In this document: in pieces, positions 54,496 to 64,000 of the stretch
Position numbering within the stretch: position 1 is the first letter of the stretch
Layout: each line of letters opens with the position of its first letter
Assembly (NCBI RefSeq): GCF_055900595.2
Contig: NZ_CM148325.1
DNA: 64,000 nt
Reading direction: 5' to 3' (one strand)
The notes under the pieces: generated by a model
What the model saw: only the letters and a program-made list of their open reading frames with translations
Told to the model about the DNA's origin: nothing
Database searches by the model: none
Program-made: the position numbers and the translations under genes

Positions 54496-55314
54496 ATGAC
54501 CACACGCGTGATTGCACTCGACTTAGACGGCACCTTATTGACCCCGAAAAAAACCTTGCTTCCTTCATCGATAGAAACCCTGGCCCGCGCTCGCGAAGCA
54601 GGCTATCAATTAATCATCGTCACGGGCCGCCATCACGTCGCTATTCATCCTTTTTATCAGGCGCTGGCGCTGGATACACCTGCTATTTGCTGTAATGGCA
54701 CCTATTTGTATGATTATCATGCAAAAACAGTACTTGAAGCCGATCCAATGCCCGTTAATAAAGCCCTGCAACTCATTGAGATGCTGAATGAACACCACAT
54801 TCACGGTCTGATGTATGTGGATGATGCAATGGTCTATGAGCACCCGACCGGGCATGTCATTCGCACGTCTAACTGGGCGCAAACCCTGCCGCCGGAACAG
54901 CGTCCGACCTTTACCCAGGTTGCTTCACTGGCCGAGACAGCGCAGGAAGTTAACGCAGTATGGAAGTTCGCCCTGACACACGATGACCTGCCGCAATTGC
55001 AGCATTTTGGTAAGCATGTTGAACATGAATTGGGACTGGAGTGTGAATGGTCCTGGCACGATCAGGTTGATATTGCCCGCGGTGGTAACAGCAAAGGTAA
55101 ACGCCTGACGAAATGGGTTGAGGCGCAAGGCTGGTCGATGGAAAACGTCGTCGCATTCGGCGATAATTTTAATGATATCAGTATGCTGGAAGCCGCTGGT
55201 ACAGGCGTGGCGATGGGCAACGCTGATGACGCAGTAAAAGCGCGTGCCAACATTGTGATTGGTGATAACACCACCGACAGCATTGCCCAGTTCATTTATA
55301 ACCACCTGATTTAA
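54496..55314 (+). CDS. ybhA: HAD-family sugar phosphatase (Cof-type)
   Basis: From ATG 54496 MTTRVIALDLDGTLL (DxDGT HAD motif), 272 aa. Confidence 0.85.
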   Translation: MTTRVIALDLDGTLLTPKKTLLPSSIETLARAREAGYQLIIVTGRHHVAIHPFYQALALDTPAICCNGTYLYDYHAKTVLEADPMPVNKALQLIEMLNEHHIHGLMYVDDAMVYEHPTGHVIRTSNWAQTLPPEQRPTFTQVASLAETAQEVNAVWKFALTHDDLPQLQHFGKHVEHELGLECEWSWHDQVDIARGGNSKGKRLTKWVEAQGWSMENVVAFGDNFNDISMLEAAGTGVAMGNADDAVKARANIVIGDNTTDSIAQFIYNHLI

Positions 55315-56373
55315 TCAGGCGGTTATCGAGACACTTTTAATTTGCGCGTATAGCCACAGGCCAGGTTTGATCGCCAGTTCATCCCTGGCCCACGGGCTTA
55401 TTCGCGCCCACAGCGTTTTACCGCCGACTTCCAATTCCACTTCCACCTGACCGTTGTCGTCATAGCTATTGACGACTTTGGCGCGCAGCACATTGCGGAT
55501 GCTGGTTTGTTGCGGCGGTTGTAAAACCAGAGAAACATCGGAAGCCTGGATGCGGATGCGTAGCGCGGCTTGCAGCGGTTCATCCAGCTTATTAACCCAC
55601 AAATGCTGATCGCCCAGCGCCAGCGCGGTCATCGCGTAATGCGGATGATGTTCCAGTACCGTTACTTTCAGAATGCTGCTTTGTTGCTCTTTCGGCAACC
55701 ATGGATTCATTACGCTACTGCCCCAGACTTCTTCCAGCGCACCGAACGCTTTCACCTGGCCGTTTTCCAGTACCATCACTCGGTCTGCCAGATGGAGGAT
55801 CTCATCCAGCGAATGGCTGACATAGAGCATTGGAATGTTGATTTCCCGCGTCAACCGTTGCAGATAAGGCAATAGCTCGCGTTTTCGCGGAAGATCCAGC
55901 GAGGCCAGTGGTTCATCCAGCAACAGCAATTCCGGTGCTGTCAGCAAAGCCCGCCCAATCGCCACACGCTGTTTTTCGCCTCCGGACAGGCTGCCTGGTA
56001 AACGGTCAAGCAACGGTTCAATGCCTAAAAGCGCCACCAGCTTATCGAACTGATCGGCCATGCTTTTCGCCATGCCGTAGCGCAGATTTCCACGTACTTT
56101 GTAATGCGGAAACAGCCGCGCATCCTGAAACACATAACCAACGCGACGCTTTTCTGGCGAAAGGCAGATCCCTTTTTCGGCGTCATTTAGTACCCGACCA
56201 TTGAGGACAATCCGCCCTTTTTGCGGACGTGTCAGCCCACTGATGGCATTAATCAGCGAGGTTTTTCCGGCACCAGAGACGCCAAAGATAGCGGTGATAC
56301 CATTGGCGGGCAGCGTTTCATTAATGGCCAGGCAATGATTGCCCAACGTCTGGGAAAAATTCAGTTCCAGCAT
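55315..56373 (-). CDS. modC: Molybdate ABC transporter ATPase
   Basis: GVSGAGKTS Walker A, LSGGEKQR signature, C-terminal TOBE domain. Confidence 0.9.
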   Translation of the reverse strand: MLELNFSQTLGNHCLAINETLPANGITAIFGVSGAGKTSLINAISGLTRPQKGRIVLNGRVLNDAEKGICLSPEKRRVGYVFQDARLFPHYKVRGNLRYGMAKSMADQFDKLVALLGIEPLLDRLPGSLSGGEKQRVAIGRALLTAPELLLLDEPLASLDLPRKRELLPYLQRLTREINIPMLYVSHSLDEILHLADRVMVLENGQVKAFGALEEVWGSSVMNPWLPKEQQSSILKVTVLEHHPHYAMTALALGDQHLWVNKLDEPLQAALRIRIQASDVSLVLQPPQQTSIRNVLRAKVVNSYDDNGQVEVELEVGGKTLWARISPWARDELAIKPGLWLYAQIKSVSITA

Positions 56374-56375
56374 GA

Positions 56376-57065
56376 TTAGCGCCCCGCCCGTTCACGGCTG
56401 ATTCTGGCCAGCCATTCAGAAATCAACAGGGAGATCATCGCCAGCGCAATAGAGATAATGCACAGTCTCGCCGCGCCACTTTCCCCGCCGGGAGTCTGGA
56501 TCAGGGTATACATGGCAGAAGGAATGGTTCGCGTTTCACCAGGAATGTTAGAAACAAAGGTTATGGTTGCCCCAAACTCACCGAGCGAACGAGCGAATGC
56601 CAGTACCGTACCGACGATAATTCCCGGTAGGGTCAGCGGTAACGTGATAGTAAAGAACACGCGCCAGCGCCCTGCCCCCAATGTTCTTGCGGCCTGTTCC
56701 AGTTTGACATCAACCCCTTCCAGCGCCAGACGAATTGCCCGCACCATCAACGGAAACGACATCACGGCGGCAGCGAGAACCGCGCCACGCCAGCTAAAGG
56801 CGAAGGTAATGCCAAACCAGTCATACAGACGTTCACCGATAAATCCGCGCCGTCCCATCGAAACTAATAACAAGTAACCGACGACCACGGGCGGTAACAC
56901 CAGCGGTAGATGCAGTACGCTATCGAGCAGAGCTTTGCCCGGAAATGTGCAACGCACCAGTAACCAGGCAAAAAAGATCCCAAACGGCAGGCTAAACAGC
57001 ACAGCCAGGGAAGAAACTTTCAGGCTTAATAAAACCGCCTGCCATTCTGGATCGGTCAGTATCAT
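56376..57065 (-). CDS. modB: Molybdate ABC transporter permease
   Basis: 229 aa membrane protein between modA and modC. Confidence 0.9.
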   Translation of the reverse strand: MILTDPEWQAVLLSLKVSSLAVLFSLPFGIFFAWLLVRCTFPGKALLDSVLHLPLVLPPVVVGYLLLVSMGRRGFIGERLYDWFGITFAFSWRGAVLAAAVMSFPLMVRAIRLALEGVDVKLEQAARTLGAGRWRVFFTITLPLTLPGIIVGTVLAFARSLGEFGATITFVSNIPGETRTIPSAMYTLIQTPGGESGAARLCIISIALAMISLLISEWLARISRERAGR

Positions 57066-57838
57066 TACTTGGTTGTAAATCCGTAGCGTTTAAAAATTTC
57101 CGCAGCCTGCGGTCCCTTCAGATAATCATAAAATGCTTTTACTGTCGCATTGTTATGTCCTTCCACAACAGCAACCGGATATTCCACTTTTTTATGTGAA
57201 TCTTCCGGGAAGGTGGCAACCACTTTTACCCCTTTGCTGGCAACAGCGTCAGAACCGTAAACAATACCCAGCGGCGCTTCATTGCGTTCGACCAACGCCA
57301 GCGCGCCACGAACATCTTCCGCCGGAGCCAGTTTCGGGGAGAGCGTATCCCATGCGCCCAGTTTTTGCAGTGCTTCTTTTGCATAAATGCCAGCGGGAAC
57401 ATGTTCCGGATCACCAACCGCCAGGCGACCGCCATTCAGCAGCGAAGTCCAGTTGGTTTTGCTGTCAATGGAGAAATCTTTCTGCTCGCTGGCTTTCGGT
57501 GCTACAACAACCAGGCTATTACCGAGTAGAGTCTGACGCGAGGCCGTATCGATCGCTTTTTTATCAACCGCATAATCCATCCATTTCTGATCGGCAGAAA
57601 TAAACAGATCCGCAGGCGCACCCGCTTCAATCTGACGGGCCAGGGTAGAAGACGAGGCGAAAGAAGAGACGATATCTACGCCTTTCTCTTTTTTATACTG
57701 CGTAGCGATGTCCTGCATTGCGTTAGTCAGTGATGCGGCGGCGAACACCGTGATTTTTCCTTCATCTGCCAGTACATTGCCAGCAACAGCGAAAGAGAAT
57801 GCCGCCCCGGCAAACAAGTTCAACCATTTACGAGCCAT
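57065..57838 (-). CDS. modA: Molybdate-binding periplasmic protein
   Basis: 257 aa with signal peptide MARKWLNLFAGAAFSFAVAGNVLA. Confidence 0.9.
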   Translation of the reverse strand: MARKWLNLFAGAAFSFAVAGNVLADEGKITVFAAASLTNAMQDIATQYKKEKGVDIVSSFASSSTLARQIEAGAPADLFISADQKWMDYAVDKKAIDTASRQTLLGNSLVVVAPKASEQKDFSIDSKTNWTSLLNGGRLAVGDPEHVPAGIYAKEALQKLGAWDTLSPKLAPAEDVRGALALVERNEAPLGIVYGSDAVASKGVKVVATFPEDSHKKVEYPVAVVEGHNNATVKAFYDYLKGPQAAEIFKRYGFTTK

Positions 57839-57857
57839 TGGTAACCCCTTAATGTGA

Positions 57858-57881
57858 CGTTATGTAGGCGACAATATAACG
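57858..57881. promoter_or_regulatory. ModE operator in the modA promoter
   Basis: Palindrome CGTTATGTAGGCGACAATATAACG about 20 nt upstream of modA. Confidence 0.65.
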
Positions 57882-58003
57882 GCAAGTTCAGAATTTTCCC
57901 AGCAGTTATTGCTAACCTTTGTGAGGTTGATGAAAAAAATATCGGCAGGAAAAGCAGGAAGTTGAGAAAAAGAAAATGCCCGACTAAGCGGGCATTCAGA
58001 GAA

Positions 58004-58171
<168 letters not shown>

Positions 58172-58281
58172 TCATGAGACTATTCTAACCGCTAAGCACA
58201 GAAAAGCACTCCCCTTTTGTGCGGTCAGCTTTGCGTGGCGTTCGTTTTCCGTCACAATAAGACTTTTGCCAGGACATTGTT

Positions 58282-59070
58282 ATGCAGGCCGAAATCCTTC
58301 TCACCCTTAAGCTCCAACAAAAATTATTCGCCGACCCGCGCCGCATTTCGTTACTAAAACACATTGCGCTTTCCGGTTCCATTAGCCAGGGAGCGAAAGA
58401 TGCCGGTATCAGCTATAAAAGCGCCTGGGATGCCATTAACGAGATGAATCAGTTAAGTGAGCATATTCTGGTTGAGCGCGCAACAGGCGGTAAAGGTGGC
58501 GGCGGCGCAGTACTGACCCGCTATGGTCAGCGACTGATTCAGCTCTATGATTTACTGGCGCAAATCCAGCAAAAAGCCTTTGATGTGTTAAGTGACGATG
58601 ACGCCTTGCCGCTGAACAGCCTGCTGGCCGCGATCTCACGTTTTTCACTGCAGACCAGTGCCCGTAACCAGTGGTTTGGCACCATCACCGCCCGCGATCA
58701 TGATGACATTCAACAACATGTTGATGTCTTACTGGCCGATGGCAAAACACGCCTTAAAGTCGCGATTACCGCACAAAGTGGCGCACGTCTGGGACTGGAT
58801 GAAGGCAAAGAAGTGTTGATTCTGCTGAAAGCGCCGTGGGTGAACATTACTCAGGATGACACTGTCGCCCAGGGTGCCGACAACCAATTGCCGGGCATTA
58901 TTCGTCATATAGAGCGCGGTGCAGAACAGTGCGAAGTATTAATGGCGTTACCTGACGGGCAAACTCTGTGCGCCACGGTGCCGGTAAATGAAGCAGCTTC
59001 TCTTGAACAAGGGCAGAATGCCACGGCTTACTTTAACGCCGACAGCGTGATTATCGCTACGCTTTGCTAA
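58282..59070 (+). CDS. modE: Molybdate-responsive transcriptional regulator
   Basis: 262 aa MQAEILLTLKLQQKLFADPRRISLLKHIALSGSISQGAKDAGISYKSAWDAI. Confidence 0.9.
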   Translation: MQAEILLTLKLQQKLFADPRRISLLKHIALSGSISQGAKDAGISYKSAWDAINEMNQLSEHILVERATGGKGGGGAVLTRYGQRLIQLYDLLAQIQQKAFDVLSDDDALPLNSLLAAISRFSLQTSARNQWFGTITARDHDDIQQHVDVLLADGKTRLKVAITAQSGARLGLDEGKEVLILLKAPWVNITQDDTVAQGADNQLPGIIRHIERGAEQCEVLMALPDGQTLCATVPVNEAASLEQGQNATAYFNADSVIIATLC

Positions 59071-59137
59071 GCGTGTTGACAATTTGTTATGAAACACGTA
59101 TCCCTGTCAGTAATCGCTGCAAAAAATGGGATATAAA

Positions 59138-60610
59138 ATGTCATCGTTGCAAATTTTGCAAGGCACGTTTCGTCTTAGCGACACAAAAACGCTGCAATTG
59201 TCTCAGCTAACGTTAAACGCGGGTGATAGTTGGGCGTTTGTCGGTTCGAATGGAAGCGGGAAGTCGGCGCTGGCCCGCGCGCTGGCGGGGGAACTTCCGC
59301 TTTTGAAAGGTGAACGACAAAGTCAGTTTTCCCACATCACTCGTCTCTCCTTCGAGCAATTGCAAAAGCTCGTCAGCGACGAATGGCAACGGAATAACAC
59401 CGATATGCTCGGCCCTGGCGAAGATGACACCGGACGCACTACGGCTGAAATCATTCAGGATGAAATTAAGGATGCACAGCGTTGTGCGCAGTTGGCGCAG
59501 CAGTTCGGCATTACCGCCCTTCTCGACCGACGCTTTAAATACCTTTCCACTGGCGAGACGCGAAAAACCCTGCTGTGTCAGGCGCTGATGTCGGAGCCAG
59601 ACTTGTTGATTCTTGATGAGCCGTTCGATGGCCTGGATGTTGCCTCACGTCAGCAGCTGGCTGAGCGACTCGCCTCGTTACATCAGTCCGGTATTACCCT
59701 GGTACTGGTGCTCAATCGCTTCGATGAGATCCCGGAATTTGTCCAGTTTGCTGGCGTGCTGGCGGATTGCACGTTAGCGGAAACTGGCGCTAAAGAGGAA
59801 CTGCTCCAACAAGCACTCGTCGCGCAACTGGCGCATAGCGAACAGCTTGAAGGTGTGCAACTGCCGGAGCCAGATGAACCTTCAGCACGTCACGCCTTAC
59901 CTGCCAACGAACCGCGCATTGTGCTGAACAACGGCGTGGTTTCTTATAACGATCGCCCCATTCTTAATAACCTTAGCTGGCAGGTGAATCCAGGCGAGCA
60001 CTGGCAAATTGTCGGGCCAAATGGCGCGGGAAAATCGACGCTATTAAGCCTGATTACAGGCGATCATCCGCAAGGTTACAGCAACGATTTAACACTTTTC
60101 GGACGACGTCGCGGCAGCGGCGAAACCATCTGGGATATCAAAAAGCATATCGGTTACGTCAGCAGTAGTTTGCATCTGGATTACCGGGTCAGCACTACCG
60201 TGCGTAATGTGATCCTTTCTGGCTATTTTGATTCGATTGGCATTTATCAGGCCGTTTCAGATCGCCAGCAAAAACTGGTGCAGCAGTGGCTGGATATTCT
60301 CGGCATTGATAAACGCACGGCTGACGCTCCTTTCCATAGTCTTTCCTGGGGACAGCAGCGTCTGGCGCTGATCGTTCGCGCACTGGTGAAGCATCCGACT
60401 TTGCTTATTCTTGATGAACCTTTACAGGGCCTTGATCCACTCAATCGCCAGCTTATCCGCCGTTTTGTTGATGTGCTGATTAGCGAAGGTGAAACGCAAT
60501 TATTGTTTGTTTCACACCACGCCGAAGATGCGCCCGCCTGTATTTCACATCGTCTTGAGTTCGTGCCGGACGGTGACCTCTATCGTTATGCGCTGACAAA
60601 AATAAACTGA
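59138..60610 (+). CDS. modF: ABC-type ATPase ModF (two ATP-binding cassettes)
   Basis: From MSSLQILQGTF; two Walker A motifs GSNGSGKS and GPNGAGKS. Confidence 0.85.
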   Translation: MSSLQILQGTFRLSDTKTLQLSQLTLNAGDSWAFVGSNGSGKSALARALAGELPLLKGERQSQFSHITRLSFEQLQKLVSDEWQRNNTDMLGPGEDDTGRTTAEIIQDEIKDAQRCAQLAQQFGITALLDRRFKYLSTGETRKTLLCQALMSEPDLLILDEPFDGLDVASRQQLAERLASLHQSGITLVLVLNRFDEIPEFVQFAGVLADCTLAETGAKEELLQQALVAQLAHSEQLEGVQLPEPDEPSARHALPANEPRIVLNNGVVSYNDRPILNNLSWQVNPGEHWQIVGPNGAGKSTLLSLITGDHPQGYSNDLTLFGRRRGSGETIWDIKKHIGYVSSSLHLDYRVSTTVRNVILSGYFDSIGIYQAVSDRQQKLVQQWLDILGIDKRTADAPFHSLSWGQQRLALIVRALVKHPTLLILDEPLQGLDPLNRQLIRRFVDVLISEGETQLLFVSHHAEDAPACISHRLEFVPDGDLYRYALTKIN

Positions 60611-60776
60611 GTCGGTAATGCTGACTGTACCGGAGGCGGCCTAAGCGCCCTCTCCGGCCTAAAGTTCGACGCATCCAGGCATGAAACCGCGACTTTTTTC
60701 AGATAAAAAGCGCAATCATTCATAAACCCTCTGTTTTATAATCACTTAATCGTGCATAAAGAACGGCTAAATTCTT

Positions 60777-60792
60777 GTGTAAACGATTCCAC
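60777..60792. promoter_or_regulatory. gal external operator OE (GalR/GalS site)
   Basis: GTGTAAACGATTCCAC upstream of galE. Confidence 0.8.
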
Positions 60793-60870
60793 TAATTTAT
60801 TCCATGTCACACTTTTCGCATCTTTGTTATGCTATGGTTATTTCATACCATAAGCCTAATGGAGCGAATT

Positions 60871-61887
60871 ATGAGAGTTCTGGTTACCGGTGGTAGCGGT
60901 TACATTGGAAGTCATACCTGTGTGCAATTACTGCAAAACGGTCATGATGTCATCATTCTTGATAACCTCTGTAACAGTAAGCGCAGCGTACTGCCTGTTA
61001 TCGAGCGTTTAGGCGGCAAACATCCAACGTTTGTTGAAGGCGATATCCGTAACGAAGCGTTGATGACCGAGATCCTGCACGATCACGCTATCGACACCGT
61101 GATCCACTTCGCCGGGCTGAAAGCCGTTGGCGAATCGGTACAAAAACCGCTTGAATATTACGACAACAATGTCAACGGTACTCTGCGCCTGATTAGCGCC
61201 ATGCGCGCCGCTAACGTCAAAAACTTTATCTTCAGCTCCTCCGCCACCGTTTATGGCGATCAGCCCAAAATTCCATACGTTGAAAGCTTCCCGACCGGCA
61301 CACCACAAAGTCCTTACGGCAAAAGCAAGCTGATGGTGGAACAGATCCTCACCGATCTGCAAAAAGCCCAGCCGGACTGGAGCATTGCCCTGCTGCGCTA
61401 TTTCAACCCGGTTGGCGCGCATCCGTCGGGTGATATGGGCGAAGATCCGCAAGGTATTCCGAATAACCTGATGCCATACATCGCCCAGGTTGCTGTAGGC
61501 CGTCGCGACTCGCTGGCGATTTTTGGTAACGATTATCCGACCGAAGATGGTACTGGCGTGCGTGATTACATCCACGTAATGGATCTGGCGGATGGACACG
61601 TCGTGGCGATGGAAAAACTGGCGAACAAGCCAGGCGTACACATCTACAACCTCGGCGCTGGCGTAGGCAGCAGCGTGCTGGACGTGGTGAATGCCTTCAG
61701 TAAAGCCTGCGGCAAACCGGTTAACTATCATTTTGCACCGCGTCGCGAGGGCGATCTTCCGGCCTACTGGGCGGACGCCAGCAAAGCCGACCGTGAACTG
61801 AACTGGCGCGTAACGCGCACACTCGATGAAATGGCGCAGGACACCTGGCACTGGCAGTCACGCCATCCACAGGGATATCCCGATTAA
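60871..61887 (+). CDS. galE: UDP-glucose 4-epimerase
   Basis: From ATG 60871 MRVLVTGGSGYIGSHTCVQLL (Rossmann GxxGxxG), 338 aa. Confidence 0.92.
   Translation: MRVLVTGGSGYIGSHTCVQLLQNGHDVIILDNLCNSKRSVLPVIERLGGKHPTFVEGDIRNEALMTEILHDHAIDTVIHFAGLKAVGESVQKPLEYYDNNVNGTLRLISAMRAANVKNFIFSSSATVYGDQPKIPYVESFPTGTPQSPYGKSKLMVEQILTDLQKAQPDWSIALLRYFNPVGAHPSGDMGEDPQGIPNNLMPYIAQVAVGRRDSLAIFGNDYPTEDGTGVRDYIHVMDLADGHVVAMEKLANKPGVHIYNLGAGVGSSVLDVVNAFSKACGKPVNYHFAPRREGDLPAYWADASKADRELNWRVTRTLDEMAQDTWHWQSRHPQGYPD
60890..60905. promoter_or_regulatory. gal internal operator OI
   Basis: GTGGTAGCGGTTACAT inside the 5' end of galE. Confidence 0.8.
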
Positions 61888-61896
61888 GGAACGACC

Positions 61897-62943
61897 ATGA
61901 CGCAATTTAACCCCGTTGATCATCCACATCGCCGCTACAACCCGCTCACCGGGCAATGGATTCTGGTTTCACCGCACCGCGCTAAGCGCCCCTGGCAGGG
62001 GGCGCAGGAAACGCCAGCCAAACAGGTGTTACCTGCGCACGATCCAGATTGCTTCCTCTGCGCAGGTAATGTGCGGGTGACAGGCGATAAAAACCCCGAC
62101 TACACTGGGACTTACGTTTTCACTAATGACTTTGCGGCCTTGATGTCTGACACGCCAGATGCGCCAGAAAGCAACGATCCTTTGATGCGTTGTCAGAGCG
62201 CGCGCGGTACCAGCCGGGTGATCTGCTTTTCACCGGATCACAGTAAAACGCTGCCAGAACTGAGCGTTGCGGCTTTGACGGAAATCGTCAAAACCTGGCA
62301 GGAGCAAACCGCAGAACTGGGGAAAACATACCCGTGGGTGCAGGTCTTTGAAAACAAAGGCGCGGCGATGGGCTGCTCTAACCCGCATCCGCACGGACAG
62401 ATTTGGGCAAATAGCTTCCTGCCTAACGAAGCTGAGCGCGAAGATCGCCTGCAAAAAGAATATTTTGCCGAGCAAAAATCGCCAATGCTGGTGGATTATG
62501 TTCAGCGCGAGCTGGCAGACGGTAGCCGTACCGTTGTCGAAACCGAACACTGGTTAGCCGTTGTGCCTTACTGGGCTGCCTGGCCGTTCGAAACGCTACT
62601 GCTGCCCAAAGCCCACGTTTTGCGGATCACCGATTTGACCGACGCCCAGCGCAGCGATTTGGCGCTGGCGTTGAAAAAGCTGACCAGTCGTTATGACAAC
62701 CTCTTCCAGTGCTCCTTCCCCTACTCTATGGGCTGGCACGGCGCGCCATTTAATGACGAAGAGAATCAACACTGGCAGCTGCACGCGCACTTTTATCCGC
62801 CTCTGTTGCGCTCCGCCACCGTACGTAAATTTATGGTTGGTTATGAAATGCTGGCAGAGACCCAGCGAGACCTGACCGCAGAACAGGCAGCAGAGCGTTT
62901 GCGCGCAGTCAGCGATATCCATTTTCGCGAATCCGGAGTGTAA
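61897..62943 (+). CDS. galT: Galactose-1-phosphate uridylyltransferase
   Basis: 348 aa; CFLC zinc motif and HPHGQ active-site motif. Confidence 0.92.
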   Translation: MTQFNPVDHPHRRYNPLTGQWILVSPHRAKRPWQGAQETPAKQVLPAHDPDCFLCAGNVRVTGDKNPDYTGTYVFTNDFAALMSDTPDAPESNDPLMRCQSARGTSRVICFSPDHSKTLPELSVAALTEIVKTWQEQTAELGKTYPWVQVFENKGAAMGCSNPHPHGQIWANSFLPNEAEREDRLQKEYFAEQKSPMLVDYVQRELADGSRTVVETEHWLAVVPYWAAWPFETLLLPKAHVLRITDLTDAQRSDLALALKKLTSRYDNLFQCSFPYSMGWHGAPFNDEENQHWQLHAHFYPPLLRSATVRKFMVGYEMLAETQRDLTAEQAAERLRAVSDIHFRESGV

Positions 62944-62946
62944 GTA

Positions 62947-64000
62947 ATGAGTCTGAAAGAAAAAACACAATCTCTGTTTGCCAATGCATTTGGCTACCCT
63001 GCCACTCATACCATTCAGGCGCCTGGCCGCGTGAATCTTATTGGCGAACACACCGACTACAACGACGGTTTCGTTCTGCCCTGCGCAATTGATTATCAAA
63101 CCGTCATTAGCTGTGCGCCACGTGATGACCGTAACGTTCGCGTGATGGCAGCCGATTATGAAAATCAGCTTGACGAGTTTTCCCTTGATGCGCCCATTGT
63201 CGCTCATGAAAACTATCAATGGGCTAACTACGTCCGTGGCGTGGTGAAACATCTGCAACTGCGTAACAACAGCTTCGGCGGCGTGGACATGGTGATCAGC
63301 GGCAATGTGCCGCAGGGTGCCGGGTTAAGTTCTTCCGCTTCACTGGAAGTCGCGGTTGGAACCGTATTGCAGCAGCTTTATCATCTGCCGCTGGACGGCG
63401 CACAAATCGCACTTAACGGCCAGGAAGCAGAAAACCAGTTTGTTGGCTGTAACTGTGGGATCATGGATCAGCTAATTTCCGCGCTCGGCAAGAAAGATCA
63501 TGCCTTGCTGATCGATTGCCGCTCACTGGGCGCCAAAGCGGTTTCTATGCCGAAAGGTGTGGCTGTGGTCATCATTAACAGTAACTTCAAACGTACCCTG
63601 GTCGGCAGCGAATACAACACCCGTCGTGAACAGTGCGAAACCGGTGCGCGTTTCTTCCAGCAGCCGGCCCTGCGCGATGTCACCATTGAAGAGTTCAACG
63701 CTGTTGCGCATGAACTGGACCCGATCGTGGCGAAACGCGTGCGTCATATCCTGACTGAAAACGCCCGTACCGTTGAAGCAGCCAGCGCACTGGAGCAAGG
63801 CGACCTGAAACGTATGGGCGAGTTGATGGCGGAGTCTCATGCTTCTATGCGCGATGATTTCGAAATCACCGTGCCGCAAATTGACACTCTGGTAGAAATC
63901 GTCAAAGCTGTGATTGGCGACAAAGGTGGCGTACGCATGACCGGCGGCGGATTTGGCGGCTGTATCGTCGCACTGATCCCGGAAGAGCTGGTGCCTGCCG
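62947..64000 (+). CDS. galK: Galactokinase (3' end beyond window)
   Basis: [48 protein letters not shown]; GHMP kinase motif GAGLSSSAS; runs to window end. Confidence 0.92.
   Translation, partial: MSLKEKTQSLFANAFGYPATHTIQAPGRVNLIGEHTDYNDGFVLPCAIDYQTVISCAPRDDRNVRVMAADYENQLDEFSLDAPIVAHENYQWANYVRGVVKHLQLRNNSFGGVDMVISGNVPQGAGLSSSASLEVAVGTVLQQLYHLPLDGAQIALNGQEAENQFVGCNCGIMDQLISALGKKDHALLIDCRSLGAKAVSMPKGVAVVIINSNFKRTLVGSEYNTRREQCETGARFFQQPALRDVTIEEFNAVAHELDPIVAKRVRHILTENARTVEAASALEQGDLKRMGELMAESHASMRDDFEITVPQIDTLVEIVKAVIGDKGGVRMTGGGFGGCIVALIPEELVPA

Noticed and set aside
61009-61851. 280 aa antisense ORF inside galE and 220 aa antisense ORF (62596-63258) across galT/galK
   Set aside because: Antisense to strongly supported housekeeping genes; typical shadow ORFs.

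Overview
This window is E. coli chromosome from uvrB through the bio operon, ybhB, the ybhC-ybhA cluster, the mod operon and galETK, and it is collinear with the K-12 gal-bio interval. It is interrupted between ybhB and ybhC by a ~38.7 kb integrated prophage at the phage lambda attachment site. The prophage is flanked by a 15-bp direct repeat (TTAGTATAAAAAAGC) with lambda-type P and P' arm sequences and looks intact. It is a mosaic: lambda-type int/xis, N, nin region, Q and S/R/Rz lysis genes; a phage-434-type immunity region (cI, cro and the ACAA-N6-TTGT operators); a non-lambda replication module (O-like initiator plus primase-helicase); a non-Red recombination module (Rad52-like annealing protein, HNH endonuclease, SSB); and a P22-like podovirus packaging, head and tail module ending in a chimeric tailspike. 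The most interesting unexplained content is accessory cargo at classical superinfection-exclusion slots: two paralogous small secreted proteins (one overlapping the cI stop, one beside the tailspike), a PEGA-like lipoprotein, and an orphan Mnt-like repressor with its operator but no arc/ant. Other points are an enlarged Q-S intergenic region with duplicated stem-loops and an 8-bp tandem repeat at the junction of two overlapping early ORFs. All homology calls are from reading the translations and from memory of the named families; no searches were run, and coordinates of small hand-indexed sites may be off by 1-2 bp.
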